Part shown: one piece after another, positions 1 to 12,099 of the stretch
How the letters are laid out: every line of letters begins with the position of its first letter
Numbering within the stretch: position 1 is the first letter of the stretch
Source: Geosiphon pyriformis uo1
Taxonomy: Eukaryota; Fungi; Glomeromycota
Direction of reading: 5' to 3'
DNA: 64,000 nt
NCBI GenBank assembly: GCA_016748015.1
Contig: JAAOMT010000512.1
Coordinates: forward strand, 186,001 to 250,000
Position numbers and translations under genes: made by a program
The notes under the pieces: generated by a model
Seen by the model: only the letters and a program-made list of their open reading frames with translations
Told to the model about the DNA's origin: nothing
Databases searched by the model: none

Positions 1-1086
1 AATTTATCCGAGAAGAAGTACAACGGATGCTTAACAATAGGCTTATTCAACCATCAATGAGCCCATGGGCCTCACCTGTGGTTCTAGTTAAAAAAAAAAA
101 TGGAAAGATACGATTTTGTGTTGATTACCGACAACTCAACAGTGTCACTATTGGGNNNNNNNNNNNNNNNNNNNNNNNNNNNNNNNNNNNNNNNNNNNNN
201 NNNNNNNNNNNNNNNNNNNNNNNNNNNNNNNNNNNNNNNNNNNNNNNNNNNNNNCCTTTGGAAATCAGTAGTAGTTTATCTTGATGACACTGATGTTTAT
301 TCACCATCTTTCGAGCTACATTTAATTCACCTGCGAGAAGTTTTTCAACGATTATGGAAAGCAGAATTGAAACTGAACATTGAAAAATGCTACTTTGGAA
401 AAACAAGTTTAGCTTTTCTTGGTCACATTGTTAGCAAAGATGGAATTAAACCAGACCCCAGAAAAATTAGTACTGTCAAAAACTTCAAGACTCCACGAAA
501 TACCACAGAATTAAGAGGATTTATTGGATTAGCATCCTATTACCGAAAATTCATCAAAGGATTCTCAGAAATTGCAAAACCTCTCAACCAGCTCACTACG
601 AAAAATGTCAAATACAAATGGACAAAAGAACACCAAAATGCCTTCAAGATACTCAAGGAAAAACTCACAACAGCCCCAATCCTCGCCTACCCAGACTTCA
701 GCAACCGATTCCAGTTAGCAACTGACGCTTCTTATACTGCCTTTGGTGCCATCCTATCACAGTTAGATGACAATGGAAATGAGCGAGTAATTGCTTATGC
801 TAATAGAACATTAAAGCCAGCCGAAAAGAACTACCCCGCAACAGAATTAGAAACCGCAGCAGTAATCTGGGCTTTACATTACTTCAACCTTTACCTCAGA
901 CCCAAAGAATTCGATATTATCACTGATAATATTGGACTTAAATGGCTTCAAAACAAAAACACCCAGCTGAACGCAAAACAAACCCAATGGACAGGATTTT
1001 TAGCTAATTACCAATACATTGTACACCACAAACCAGGAAAACTCCACACCAATGTTGATTGTCTCTCAAAAATAAGGCAAGATTAG
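1..1086 (+). pseudogene. pol: Gypsy A ORF1 C-terminus (RT + RNase H), interrupted by an N gap; ends LSKIRQD-stop
   Basis: ORFs 27-284 and 100-1086 carry RT and RNase H motifs. Confidence 0.9.
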
Positions 1087-1134
1087 AAACAAAACCAACA
1101 CCCAATTGAATTAACAGCATCAAAACAACAAACA

Positions 1135-2520
1135 ATGAACCCCGAAAACTACAACAATCTCAAACAATATTTGGAGACATTAACAATCCCAACAGATTGG
1201 TCCTCAGACGAAAAACATTGGTTACAACAACAAGCCAAACAATATTTTCTACACAACAACATTATCTATCATTGAAATTTCAAAAACCCAACCAAACCAC
1301 TCAGATTAATACAAGAACAGAAAAAAGAGACTATTTTATACAACATGCACTCGGATTCTTCATCAGCACACTTCGGAAAAGATAGCACCACCCAAAGAAC
1401 ACTAGAATACTACTTTTGGTCTTAAATGAGAAAAAACATTCACAAATATGTTGAATCTTGTGATAGTTGTCAAAGAAGAAAAAGAACTTGCCCTACAGAA
1501 CCTTTAAATCCAATCAAAGTTGGACAGCCTTTTGACAGAGTTGGTATTAATTTAGTCGGACCACTATCTATCACCACTCAAGGAAACCGTTATATTGCAG
1601 TAGCTGTAGACTATCTTACTAAATGGCCTGAAGCCAGAGCCATTCAACAAGCAGATGCAAAATCAGTAGCAAAGTTTATCTACGAAGACATCATTTGTAG
1701 ACATGGATGTCCAATTGAACTTTTATCCGATCAGAGAACACACTTTGTGAACAACCTGATACAAGAAATTTGTGAACAATTTAATTTCAAAAGACCTCTG
1801 TCTTTGCCCTACCATCTACAAACAAATAGACTTGTGGAATGTTTTAACAGAACATTGTGTGAGTCATTAGCCAAAGTCTCAACTGATTTTGAGCAAGAAT
1901 GGGATCTTTTTATTCCATCAGTGTTACTAGCATATAGAACATTAAAACAAGATACCATGAAACACACACCATTTGATTTAACTTATGAAAGGACGGCAAC
2001 GTTACCAATTAGTTTCATAGTGGAAACATACCCAACACAACTGATCGATGAAAACAATTTCCAAAAAATGCTTTAGCAAAGAGCCTACACTCTACTTAGT
2101 ACATTGAAAGGAAAACGACGAATAGCAGCCACCCATATTGAATACTCCCAAGCTCAACAAAAAAAACGGCATGATGACAAATTGCCTTCAGTCACCAATA
2201 AATTCAAAATTGGAAACAAAGTTCTCTTACACAGAACTAAAGCTGAAAAACAATGGAGTGGAAAATTTGAAAAAAAATGGGATAGACCATTCTTTATCCA
2301 TGAAGTCCTAGGCAATAGATCATATAAGCTAAGACTTGATGACAAAATCCTAGCAAAAGTTGCACATAGAGATTGTTTGAAACACTATTATTCTAGAAAC
2401 AATCCTGAACCATTAATTCCACAAATTGGTACATATTCTCCTTTGGTCAGTCCTGAAGATATTCCCCAAAACTTAGAACCAATAGTTGTCATTGAACAAC
2501 CTTCCAACCTGAACACTTAA
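1135..2520 (+). pseudogene. Gypsy A integrase ORF with own ATG; premature stops
   Basis: MNPENYN start, HSD..AHFG..CDSC zinc finger, GINLVGP/LLSDQ/LVEC catalytic-core remnants, C-terminal W(D)RPF (GPF) region. Confidence 0.9.
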
Positions 2521-2636
2521 TTTAATTTTACTAGTCATTCTCTTATAATTTAGAAACAATCTCACAAAAACAAAAACAAAAATAACATAAAAACCCATAC
2601 ACCAAAAATAATTTTTATTTTTTTCAATTGCTTATA

Positions 2637-3327
2637 ATGACTATTCCTCAAAACATTCAACAATTATCCCAAAAACTAATGTTAGCTTTAAAAACAATAC
2701 CCGAATTATCTATTACTATTACTGGAAACCACATTAATTATACCCAAACAGAAGTAGTTACAAATTTAGCCCCAAACTCACGAAAATATCACCCATATAA
2801 AAAAACACAAAAAGTTATACTGGAATTCACTTGCCAGAACTTTTAAAGCTTGCTTTAAGAGAAAACCTAATGCTACAATTCAACAAAAACTTCAACTGTG
2901 TCTCAATGAAGAAAACACTGAATATCCTCCAATCTATAGATATTTTCACATTGGAAAAACACTCTATGAATGGAAACTAGAACTTACAACAGCAAACCTC
3001 ACAAAAGAAGCTATTCAGAAACAACTCCACAACGAATTCAAGACAACAGCTGGATCAACAAACAGTCGCTACAGACTTAGAGCTGCTCTTAGACTTTATG
3101 ACCTATTTCACACCTGTGAAAACGTACTACAAAACCCGATTTTTCAACCTTTGAAGATTCAATACATTGGAAAGCTCACAGAACTGAAATTTCAACAATT
3201 TTCAGACCAAATTTCTTCAATAATTTTGGATTATTATCTGGAAAAAACAGACAGTACTTGGACTTCGACAAAGCTCAGTCTTGAGGAGGAGGTTATGTTA
3301 CCAGACAAAATTAGAGATATTATTTAG
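2637..3327 (+). pseudogene. Gypsy A ORF3 (unknown function), frameshifted and internally deleted
   Basis: Collinear with open ORF 58361-59080; stop lies inside the LTR. Confidence 0.8.
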
Positions 3328-4280
3328 CATGAAATTATCTTATAATTCCTATCATTAATTAGCATATATTATCGTTTTAAATGATCACCTATTATATTAG
3401 CAAAAATGTCCGAAATTATCATTTAATTAATAACCCAAATTGTACACAACACCAATGTAACCTAATTGCGATGATCAATCATGCAATACCCCGAACTATG
3501 TAACATTCAAAAGGTTCACCAAAATTTGTAGAAATTTGCCGAAATAATTGATAGTTCACCGAAATATCTAATAGTTTGCCGAAATAACTTATAGTTTGCC
3601 AAAATGTATCTTTAGTTCAGCGAAATTGTAGAAAATAGCAAAGTTCGAGTTCATAGAATAGTGTTATGACAAGTTGTATAAAAGAAGAGCTTCTCTCTTC
3701 AAGAAAATGTATCTTACTTTAGATTTATCTTTTATAAACCATTTTTATACACACAAAAAGAAATAAATATCAAATAATTCGAAAAACCAAATTCTCTAAA
3801 TTATTGTACTTGGAAAATCCCCAAAACCCAACTAACATTTCGAAATTGATTAGCTACCAATTTCAGTAAACTGTTAGTAACTCCAGGCCTGGATAGAAAA
3901 CGTTTCCCTTGATAAGATCCTATTTTTTTTACACTTCTTTTATTTTTCTTTCTTTTCTTATTACAATCCTTAAAGTAGCCTACAGATGAGATTCCTATAG
4001 AAGAATTGACTTTCACAGCAAAGTAACTACACATTTTTTTTAGTGAGCTTCCAGATGAGCAATTCCTGGGAAAGAGTTAATGTTTACTACAACGTAACTA
4101 CATAAAGCAACTGGTATGGAATTGGCCATTCCATTCATAAGCCCAGCAAGTTCAAATTATAGGAGATAATTTAAAGATAAATTCAGTTACTGGAGGTTCA
4201 ACCACATCCAGAAAACGTGAATTCACAGCAAATAAGTATCAACAACATTACAGAAAAGAGACCAAAAACCTCCGGTAACA
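3296..4280 (+). repeat. 3' LTR of Gypsy A (985 bp)
   Basis: TG...CA with short terminal inverted repeat; homologous to LTRs at 25507, 34379, 53267, 55140 and 57413. Confidence 0.95.
3514..3683 (+). promoter_or_regulatory. U3 array of six ~20-bp units (core RTTCGCCGAAAT) followed by TATAAAA at 3677-3683
   Basis: Periodic repeats visible here and in every family-1 LTR; promoter role is inferred. Confidence 0.7.
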
Positions 4281-4581
4281 GTACTAATTAATTAAGAAAT
4301 TAAGTATTGAAATATTAATGTCAAGAATAATTTGATAAAAACCTGTGAAACAAAAATAAAAACTTAAGAATATTTTACCAGAAGAGTATAATTGTCAGGT
4401 TTATGCTGAAAAAAAAAATTTGGAAAAATAACTACCAAATAAATTTCTGTTTATTATACAAAAAACTCAACTAAAACCTTTAAATTCAAAAATTTTCAAA
4501 AATTAACATTATAATTAGCCATTAAATACTAAGTTATAAGTTTGTTATTTATTTTAACACTCCTAATATTTATTTATAACA
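4281..4581 (+). repeat. 3' part of a family-3 LTR into which Gypsy A inserted
   Basis: Shares aaatttctgtttattataca and actaagttataa.tttgttattt...taaca with the end of solo LTR 11167-12001. Confidence 0.75.
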
Positions 4582-6686
4582 ACATTAAAATAAAAAAAGT
4601 AATTTAATTTTTTATTTATTAATTTAGTTTTTGTAATTAAATAATATAATAATATAATTTAAAAAAATTACATTATAAAAATGTAATTTGTTTTGCTTTT
4701 ATAATTAATTAAACTTATTTATATTAAGCAATATAATTAAATATTAATTTAATACAAATTTAATAAATATGTTATTATTGTTATTATTTAAAATAAAAAA
4801 CTATTATTTATAATTAAATTAATTTTAAGAAATATTTTTATGCAATTTTTTATTTTTGCTATTGGTTTAATTATAAAAATTACTTTAAAAAAAGACAAAA
4901 AAATTTAGTTAATATTTTAAAATATGTATAAAGCTTATAATTCTGTTAATTGGAAATATTTACAAAGAAGTTTACTAAAAATTAAAATATATAATAGCTT
5001 AAATTAAAGTAAAATTTTCTTTTTTTTTTATAACAAATTTTTTATAATTTTTTTTTGCATAAGATTAAACTATAAAAGTTTTTATTTAGTTATTATATAA
5101 ATTTTAAATTTGTAATAAAAACAAATAAAATGAAGTATAATATAAGTCTGATTTTTTTTTGGCTATAAGTATTTTTGTTAATAATATAATATAAGTTAAA
5201 AACAGTTATACTATTACTTAAAATATTTTAAACATAAATAATAAATTTTTTAATATTATTAATATTACAATTAATTTAGACAAAACTATTAATATATTTA
5301 TTAATACAAAAATTAAAAATATTATGTTGATAATTTTATATAAGGCTATTTTAAATAAACAATTCTCATATCTGGTTTTTGTAATGCTTTAATCTATTAT
5401 AAATTATAAAATATAGTTTAGTTTTGTTAATAAAAGTATTTATAATTAATAAAATTGTTTAAATAAAAAATATCTTAAATAAAAGACAAATTTGTTTTGT
5501 AATTTTCCAAATAATATTATGTATTACTTATTTTTTTATAATTTAAAATTTTTTAAGCAAGTTTAAGCTAAAAAAAAATTATATTGTTTGTGTTTTTTAT
5601 TAATATTTCTGAGATATTGAATAAATTTTTCAAACATAAAATTTTAAATTTACAAATCTTTGGTTAGACTTTTTACAATCTATTGTATTTTTCTGTTAAA
5701 TTCAAAAATTTTTTTTGTTGGTATTACCTATCTTTTTTTGTTCTATAAAGTTTTTTTTGCTGTTAATACATTTAATGTTTTTTAGCTTAAAAATTGTATT
5801 TTGGTTTTAAATATTTTGGGTCATTTGAAATACTTTAAAATAATTAAATTTTTTAAGTTTTTCAAAGTAATTTTTGCTAATTAATTTTTAAATAGTCATA
5901 ATATATATTTTTTATGAAAAATTTTTAGTATTGAAAACATCTAAACTTTAGAAACTTTATTTTATTATGGTTTTTTTTGGTTTTAGAGTTTGTTATTATT
6001 AGTAATTTTGCCAGACTTTTTTTTTAAACAAATAGTTTTTTAGCTAATACAAATATATTAAATTCAAAAAAAATTGTTACTATATATTTTGATTTAATAA
6101 AAACTAATATATTAAATTTTATTGTTTTTATAAATAACTTAATAAAAAGATTTGGTTTAACTTTTATTAAGAATAATACTAAAGTTTATTTTAATAATTT
6201 GAAAAAAAAGATTAGAATTAAGATCTATAATCTTTTATTTTTAATTTTAGTTAAGTTATAAATAATACTATTAGTTTTTAAATATATATTAATTTTTGCT
6301 AATATTTTAATATATTTAAATATTCAAACTGTTTTAGATACATGTTAAATTGAATTGAATTTATTTATATTAAACTTTTGCAATCTATGTTAAATTAAAC
6401 ATTATTATATTGTTAATATTATTAAGAATAAAAACATTTTTATAAAATAAATTAAAATTAAAAAACATTCTAATATTTAAAGTAATGAATATATTAACAA
6501 ACTAGTAAATAGTGTATTATTTTTAGAACTAAGATTACTTTTTAATATTAAAAATAATTTTTAGTTACAAATAACAATGTTATTTTAAATAATACTTGTT
6601 ATTTTATAAAGTTATTAAGTAACATTATTTATTAAGTATTTTAAAAAATAAGTTTTAATATTAACATTGTTAATATTTTTTGCCAA

Positions 6687-7665
6687 TATTACCTAAATAA
6701 AAAAGCCAATCCAAAAAATATTGAAAAAAATGTGATTAAAAACATAATAACTTAGAAAAATGTGATAATGTGAAATAATACAAAATAATATATTATAATA
6801 CAAAATAACATGAGATAATACGCAATAATGTAAAATAATTAACTATAATATAAGATAACTAATTATAGTATAAAAAAATAAAGCAACAACAAAAATAGTA
6901 AACAATAGCTAGTAATAATAAGCAATTAAAAACAATTTTATAAAATTAGAAATATGTATAAAAACAAGTAGTTTTAACAAAAAAAAAACAAACAAACAGA
7001 GAAACAAACAAATAGAAAAAAATTTTTTTTACTCATATCTGTTAAATCTATTTTATCTATATATCTATATTATTTCAAATAAAAAAAATATTCAAAACCC
7101 AAATTCACTCATATATAATCTACAAATTTTATATTTAACTTGAATTAATTATTTTTTTATTTTTGTTCTTAATCAGATTCTCTTAGCATAAAACTATTCT
7201 AAACAATAATGATTTAAACCAATTGTTTTTAATCATAGTAATTGACAAAACTAATTTTCTTTTATTTTTATTTTTATTTTTTTTTTGTGGAGCAGCAACA
7301 TTGTAAAATTAACTGTCTAAGAATAGACTTCATAATAGCTTAATAAAAAAAAGAAACTTTTTCTAAAATTGAATATTAATATTATCTTGTTAGCTTACTA
7401 GAAAAGTAAAAAAACACCACCAAATCCTAGCAATTGTATTTAACTAACTTGAAAAAAATAACTTATCTACTTAAGCCATAAACAGCCAAAACATATTTTT
7501 GTGTTTTATAACTAAAGAACTCTATAGGTAAAATTAGTAAAAACTTTTAAAGACTAATATTAATAACTTATTTTAAGTATTTAGAATAAAAATTTTCAGG
7601 CTTCTCTTATCTAAATTTAGAGCACCAAACATTATTACAATATCCTATCAAGTTTATTCATAATA
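6687..7665 (+). repeat. 5' LTR of element B
   Basis: Direct repeat of 10311-11166 plus 12006-12099. Confidence 0.85.
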
Positions 7666-10310
7666 TTTAATGCTTTCTATAAGATTATAAAATCCACAAA
7701 GACAAAACATTCCAAAAATTCACCAAAGTAATAACTATTAGAACTATAAAAAAAAATCACTTATTGTATAGAAAAGCATTATTTTAACACTTTATAGAAG
7801 ACTTAAGAATACTAATAAAAACTGTTACTGTAAAAAGTAATTTTTGTTACTATGTATATGCCAAAGTTGACTACTTACTAAGCCAAACAATAAACACAGA
7901 AAAACTTGGAGAATAAATTCATTAAAAATTACTATTATATTTAACTTTAACTATTACTTGGACAATAGCCAAGACTCTTTTTATAATTGATTAAAAAATG
8001 AAAAAATACATAACAAAACAGTACTTTTAAGTAAAAAAAAAGATATACATAATAAAATATTTATTTGCAATAATTTTTATACAAAGTATATTATAAAAAA
8101 GGAGCCAGAAATACCAATGTTAACAGTTTATTAAGAATAATGCAAATCTGATTTCAAATCTATGAACATGACTACTTACCAGCAATTATACCAGTATTTA
8201 TTAACACTATAGTTTAAGAAAAAATTATCTTAATAGAAACAAAATATTATATGGATACAAACTTACAATTATTTTATTCAAAACAATTAACTATATTATC
8301 AAGAATGCCAAAATTACATTACCTCATAATAAATTATAAAAGACAATGAAAAAAAAACTGTTTTATATAACATGCACTCTAATCCAATTATAGAACACTT
8401 TAACAAAAACATTACTTTGGAAAAAACAATAAATCTATATTATTGGCCAACAATATATAAAAATATTTTTAAGTATATTATCAATTGTAACTTATGCCAA
8501 TAGAAAAAAAGAGCCAAAACCACAGAACCACTTCAATTTATTCTAATTAAAAATTTATTTAATAGAATTGAAATTAATTTGGTTGGTTTTCTCTTAATTA
8601 CATCCAAAAAAAATTGTTATATTATTGTAACTGTAAACTATCTTACCAAATGGTCTGAAGTCAATACTATTCTAATAGCCAAAACTATTTTAGTGGCCAA
8701 TACTAAAACAGTAGCCAAATTTGTGTATTAAGATTTAATTTGCTAATATAAATGTCTAAAAAAATTATTATTTAACCAAAAAACTTATTTTATTAATAAT
8801 ATGTTAATCAAACTAAGCTAAAAATTTAGAATAAAATGACTATTATTATTACTATATTACTTATAAACAAATAAACTGATAGAAAAATTTAACTGAATAT
8901 TGTGTAAAGCATTAGCAAAAATAAGTTATAAAAATATGTAAAAATAAGACTTATTTATATTTTTTGTATTATTTGCATACTGAACATTAAAACAAAATAC
9001 TATTCAGTTCATATTATTCAAACTAGTCTATAGAAGAAAAGCCATCCTACTTATTAAATAAAAAATATCTTATTTCTTGACAAAAACAATCATTGAAGAG
9101 AATTTTAAAGTTATTTTATACCAAAAAACATATTAGCTTATAAAAACATTAGAAAATAATTATAAAACAACAGCTAACAATATTAATAATACTTAGAAAC
9201 AACAAAAAAAAAGACATAATAATTATCTATCTGATCAACCAATTGAATTTAAGATTGGAAACAAAGTATTATTATATTATACTAAAACTAAAAAACAGTA
9301 AAGTAAAAATTTTGACCCAAAATAAGATAAACTATTTTATATATACGAAGTTTTAGGCAATAGAGCTTACAAATTATAATTAAAAAACAAAATTTTAAAG
9401 AAAGTAACACATAAAAATTAACTGAAAATTTATTATACTAATTAAAAATTATCATTATTTATATCTTAACTAGAAACACAAATTCTATTAATCAGACCAG
9501 AAAATATATTATGAGATTTAAAACCAATTATTGTTATCAAAATATAATTAACATATGACAATTTAAATTGAAAAATTTAAGTATATAAAAAAATCAAAAC
9601 AACAGAAAAAAAAAATATTAAAACTTTTACCAAGAATCTTTCAGATCAAATTTTAAAACTTTTAAAACAACTATTTAAAGCAATTCAACAATTTATAATA
9701 CCAATAGAAATTATAATTAATAGAAAAAAGATATAATACAAAAATTTGTGTAAAAAAAAAGTGGATAAGAGTTTAACTAGAGCTGAGTATTCCTATTTTT
9801 ATAAATAATTAAGAGAGAAAAAAAAAAGATATATGTTAAACAAAGCTTAACAAAATTAAAAAAATTTAAGTAAGTTAATCTTAGAATCAATAACAGAAAA
9901 ATAAAAACTAAAAATCTCCAAAATATGAAAAAAAAAACTTTTACTAATATACTGGTTTTTTAAAATTGGCAAAAAATTCGACCTATAAACACTATATCTA
10001 AATATCAACAAATAAACATTCAACAAAAAAGCTCTAAAACAAGTAAAAAAATTTGTTAAAAAAAATAATCTAATGCTGTACTACAAAGCAACATATTAAT
10101 TATATTTAGCATTCAAATATTGTTTAGCAATATTATTAAACAGTTTACTAAAATTTATTATAGTTAACAACATAAGATAAATGACAAATACATAGTTTAA
10201 AAATTTATAAAAAGCAATATTTGACACAACAATTAAATATTATACCAAAAAAACAATTTTTATAAATACATACAATTTTGCAAAAACTTAATTCTAAAAG
10301 AAAGAGATAA

Positions 10311-12099
10311 TATTACTTAAATAGAAAAACCAATTTGAAAAATATTGAAAAAAATATGATTAAAAATGTAATAACTTAGAAAAACATAATAACATAAAAT
10401 AATACAAAATAATATGTAATAACACAAAATAATACATAATAATATGAAATAACTAGCTATAATATAAGATAACTAGTTATAATATAAAAAAATGAAGCAA
10501 CAACAAAAATAATAAGTAATAATTAGTAATAATAAGTAATTAAAAACAATCTTGTAAAACTAGAAATATATATAAAAACAAGTAGTTTTAGCAGAAAAAA
10601 AAAGACAAACAAATAGAAAAATATATCTTTTTACTCATATTTGTTAAATTCATTTTATTTATATATTTATATTACTTCAAATAAAGAAAATATTTAAAAT
10701 TCAATCTTATTTATACATAATTCACAAATTTTGTGTTTAATCTAAACTAATTATTCTCTTATTTTTGTTTTCAGTTAGATGTTTTTAACATAAAACTGCA
10801 TTAAACAATAATAACTTAAACCAATTGCTTTTGATTACTGTAATTAACAAAACCAATTTTTTTTATTTTTTATTTTTTTTTTTTGTAAAGCAACAATATT
10901 GTAAAATCAATTGTTTGAGAATAGATTTTATGATAACTTGGTAAAAAAAAACTTTTCTTAAAATTGAATATTAATATTATTTTGTTAGTTTACCAAAAAA
11001 GTAAAAAAATATTACTAAATTTTAATGACTGTACTCAATTAGCTCAAAGAAAATAGCTTATCTATTTAAATTACAAATAGCCAAAACACTTTTTTGTATC
11101 TTATAAATAAAAAACTCTATGAATAAAATTAATAAAAATCTTCAGAAACTAATATTAATAACTCATTGTTACTCATAAAAAAAAAACAGATATAGAAAAT
11201 AGCAGACCAATAAGAAAATAGTATTTAGCATGTGAACACATTGTTCAGCAATGTGGAGCAATGTCAGAAAACATGGCATATTGCTCAGCAATGGGGAGCA
11301 ATGTCAGAAAAAATGGCACATTGTTCAAAAAATCATAGTACATTATTTAGGAATGTGAGCGATCTCATAGAACATCAATTATGTATATATAATAGTAGCA
11401 TTAGAAGTAGAAAGAGCAGAATCTTTTTATTAGAGACATCTTAGTTTAGATTTAATCTAAGCAACCTTCCATTTACAAATATTAATAAATAATTATTTAT
11501 TATCTCAATTTACTCTTTACTATCAACACTTCATGTTGATAATAACTGAAACTTGATCACACTGGAACAATAGCTCTTGATTATGGCTATTGATAAGATA
11601 CTAACTTGTAATTGCTTTTACTTGTTTTTTTATTTTCTTTTAGTTTCTTTCATTTTCTTTTATTTCTTTTGTTATTTCTTTGGTTTTACTAAATTGATTA
11701 AGGATTAAGTACTAAGTTACAGACATCATAGGAACTGGTAAAAGACCCATGAAACAAGGGTAGAACACTCATATATTTGAGGATAGCTTACCAGAAAGAT
11801 TACCGGCCACCACACTGAGAAAGAAATTTGATGAAACTATGGTTTTGAGAAGCTACAGATAAAAAACCATCAACTAAATTTCTGTTTATTATACAAAGAA
11901 CTCCATACCAAAACCTTCAGATATCAACACCAGAAAACCAACCAAGCACTAAGTTATAAATTTGTTATTTGACTTAAGATCCCAAATAATTATCTGTAAC
12001 ATTATCTTAAATATTTAGAATAAAAACCTTCAGACTTCCTTTATCTAAATTTAAAGCACCAAATATTATCACAATATCTTACTAAATTTACTTATAACA
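10311..12099 (+). repeat. 3' LTR of element B, split by a solo LTR
   Basis: Collinear with the 5' LTR once 11167-12005 is removed. Confidence 0.85.
11167..12001 (+). mobile_element. Solo LTR (family 3)
   Basis: TGTTAC...GTAACA ends, 4-bp TSD tcat/ttat, repeat array 11232-11360, TATA-like sequence ~11385. Confidence 0.85.

Larger units (their letters stand above)
1..4280 (+). mobile_element. Ty3/Gypsy LTR retrotransposon copy A (family 1), 5' part outside window: RT-RNase H, integrase, ORF3, 3' LTR
   Basis: RT ([14 protein letters not shown]), RNase H (TDAS, ELETAA, TDN), integrase HHCC/DDE/GPF, PPT GAGGAGGAGG at 3283-3292, LTR TGTTACC...GGTAACA. Confidence 0.95.
6687..12099 (+). mobile_element. 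Decayed, internally deleted Ty3/Gypsy element B (family 2)
   Basis: LTRs 6687-7665 and 10311-12099 (the latter interrupted), degenerate PBS at 7666, PPT before 10311, TSD ccaa/tcaa, integrase relic (YLTKW.E at ~8640), ORF3 relic. Confidence 0.85.

Noticed and set aside
3684-3700. GAAGAG-CTTCT-CTCTTC hairpin after the TATA box as a TAR-like element
   Set aside because: Only 6 bp and probably upstream of the transcription start; insufficient support.
3801-4034. Antisense LTR ORF MCSYFAVKVNSS..KKRKK (also 25724-25906)
   Set aside because: Length and frame differ among LTR copies, and the basic stretch comes from a T-rich tract; recurrence reflects LTR homology only.
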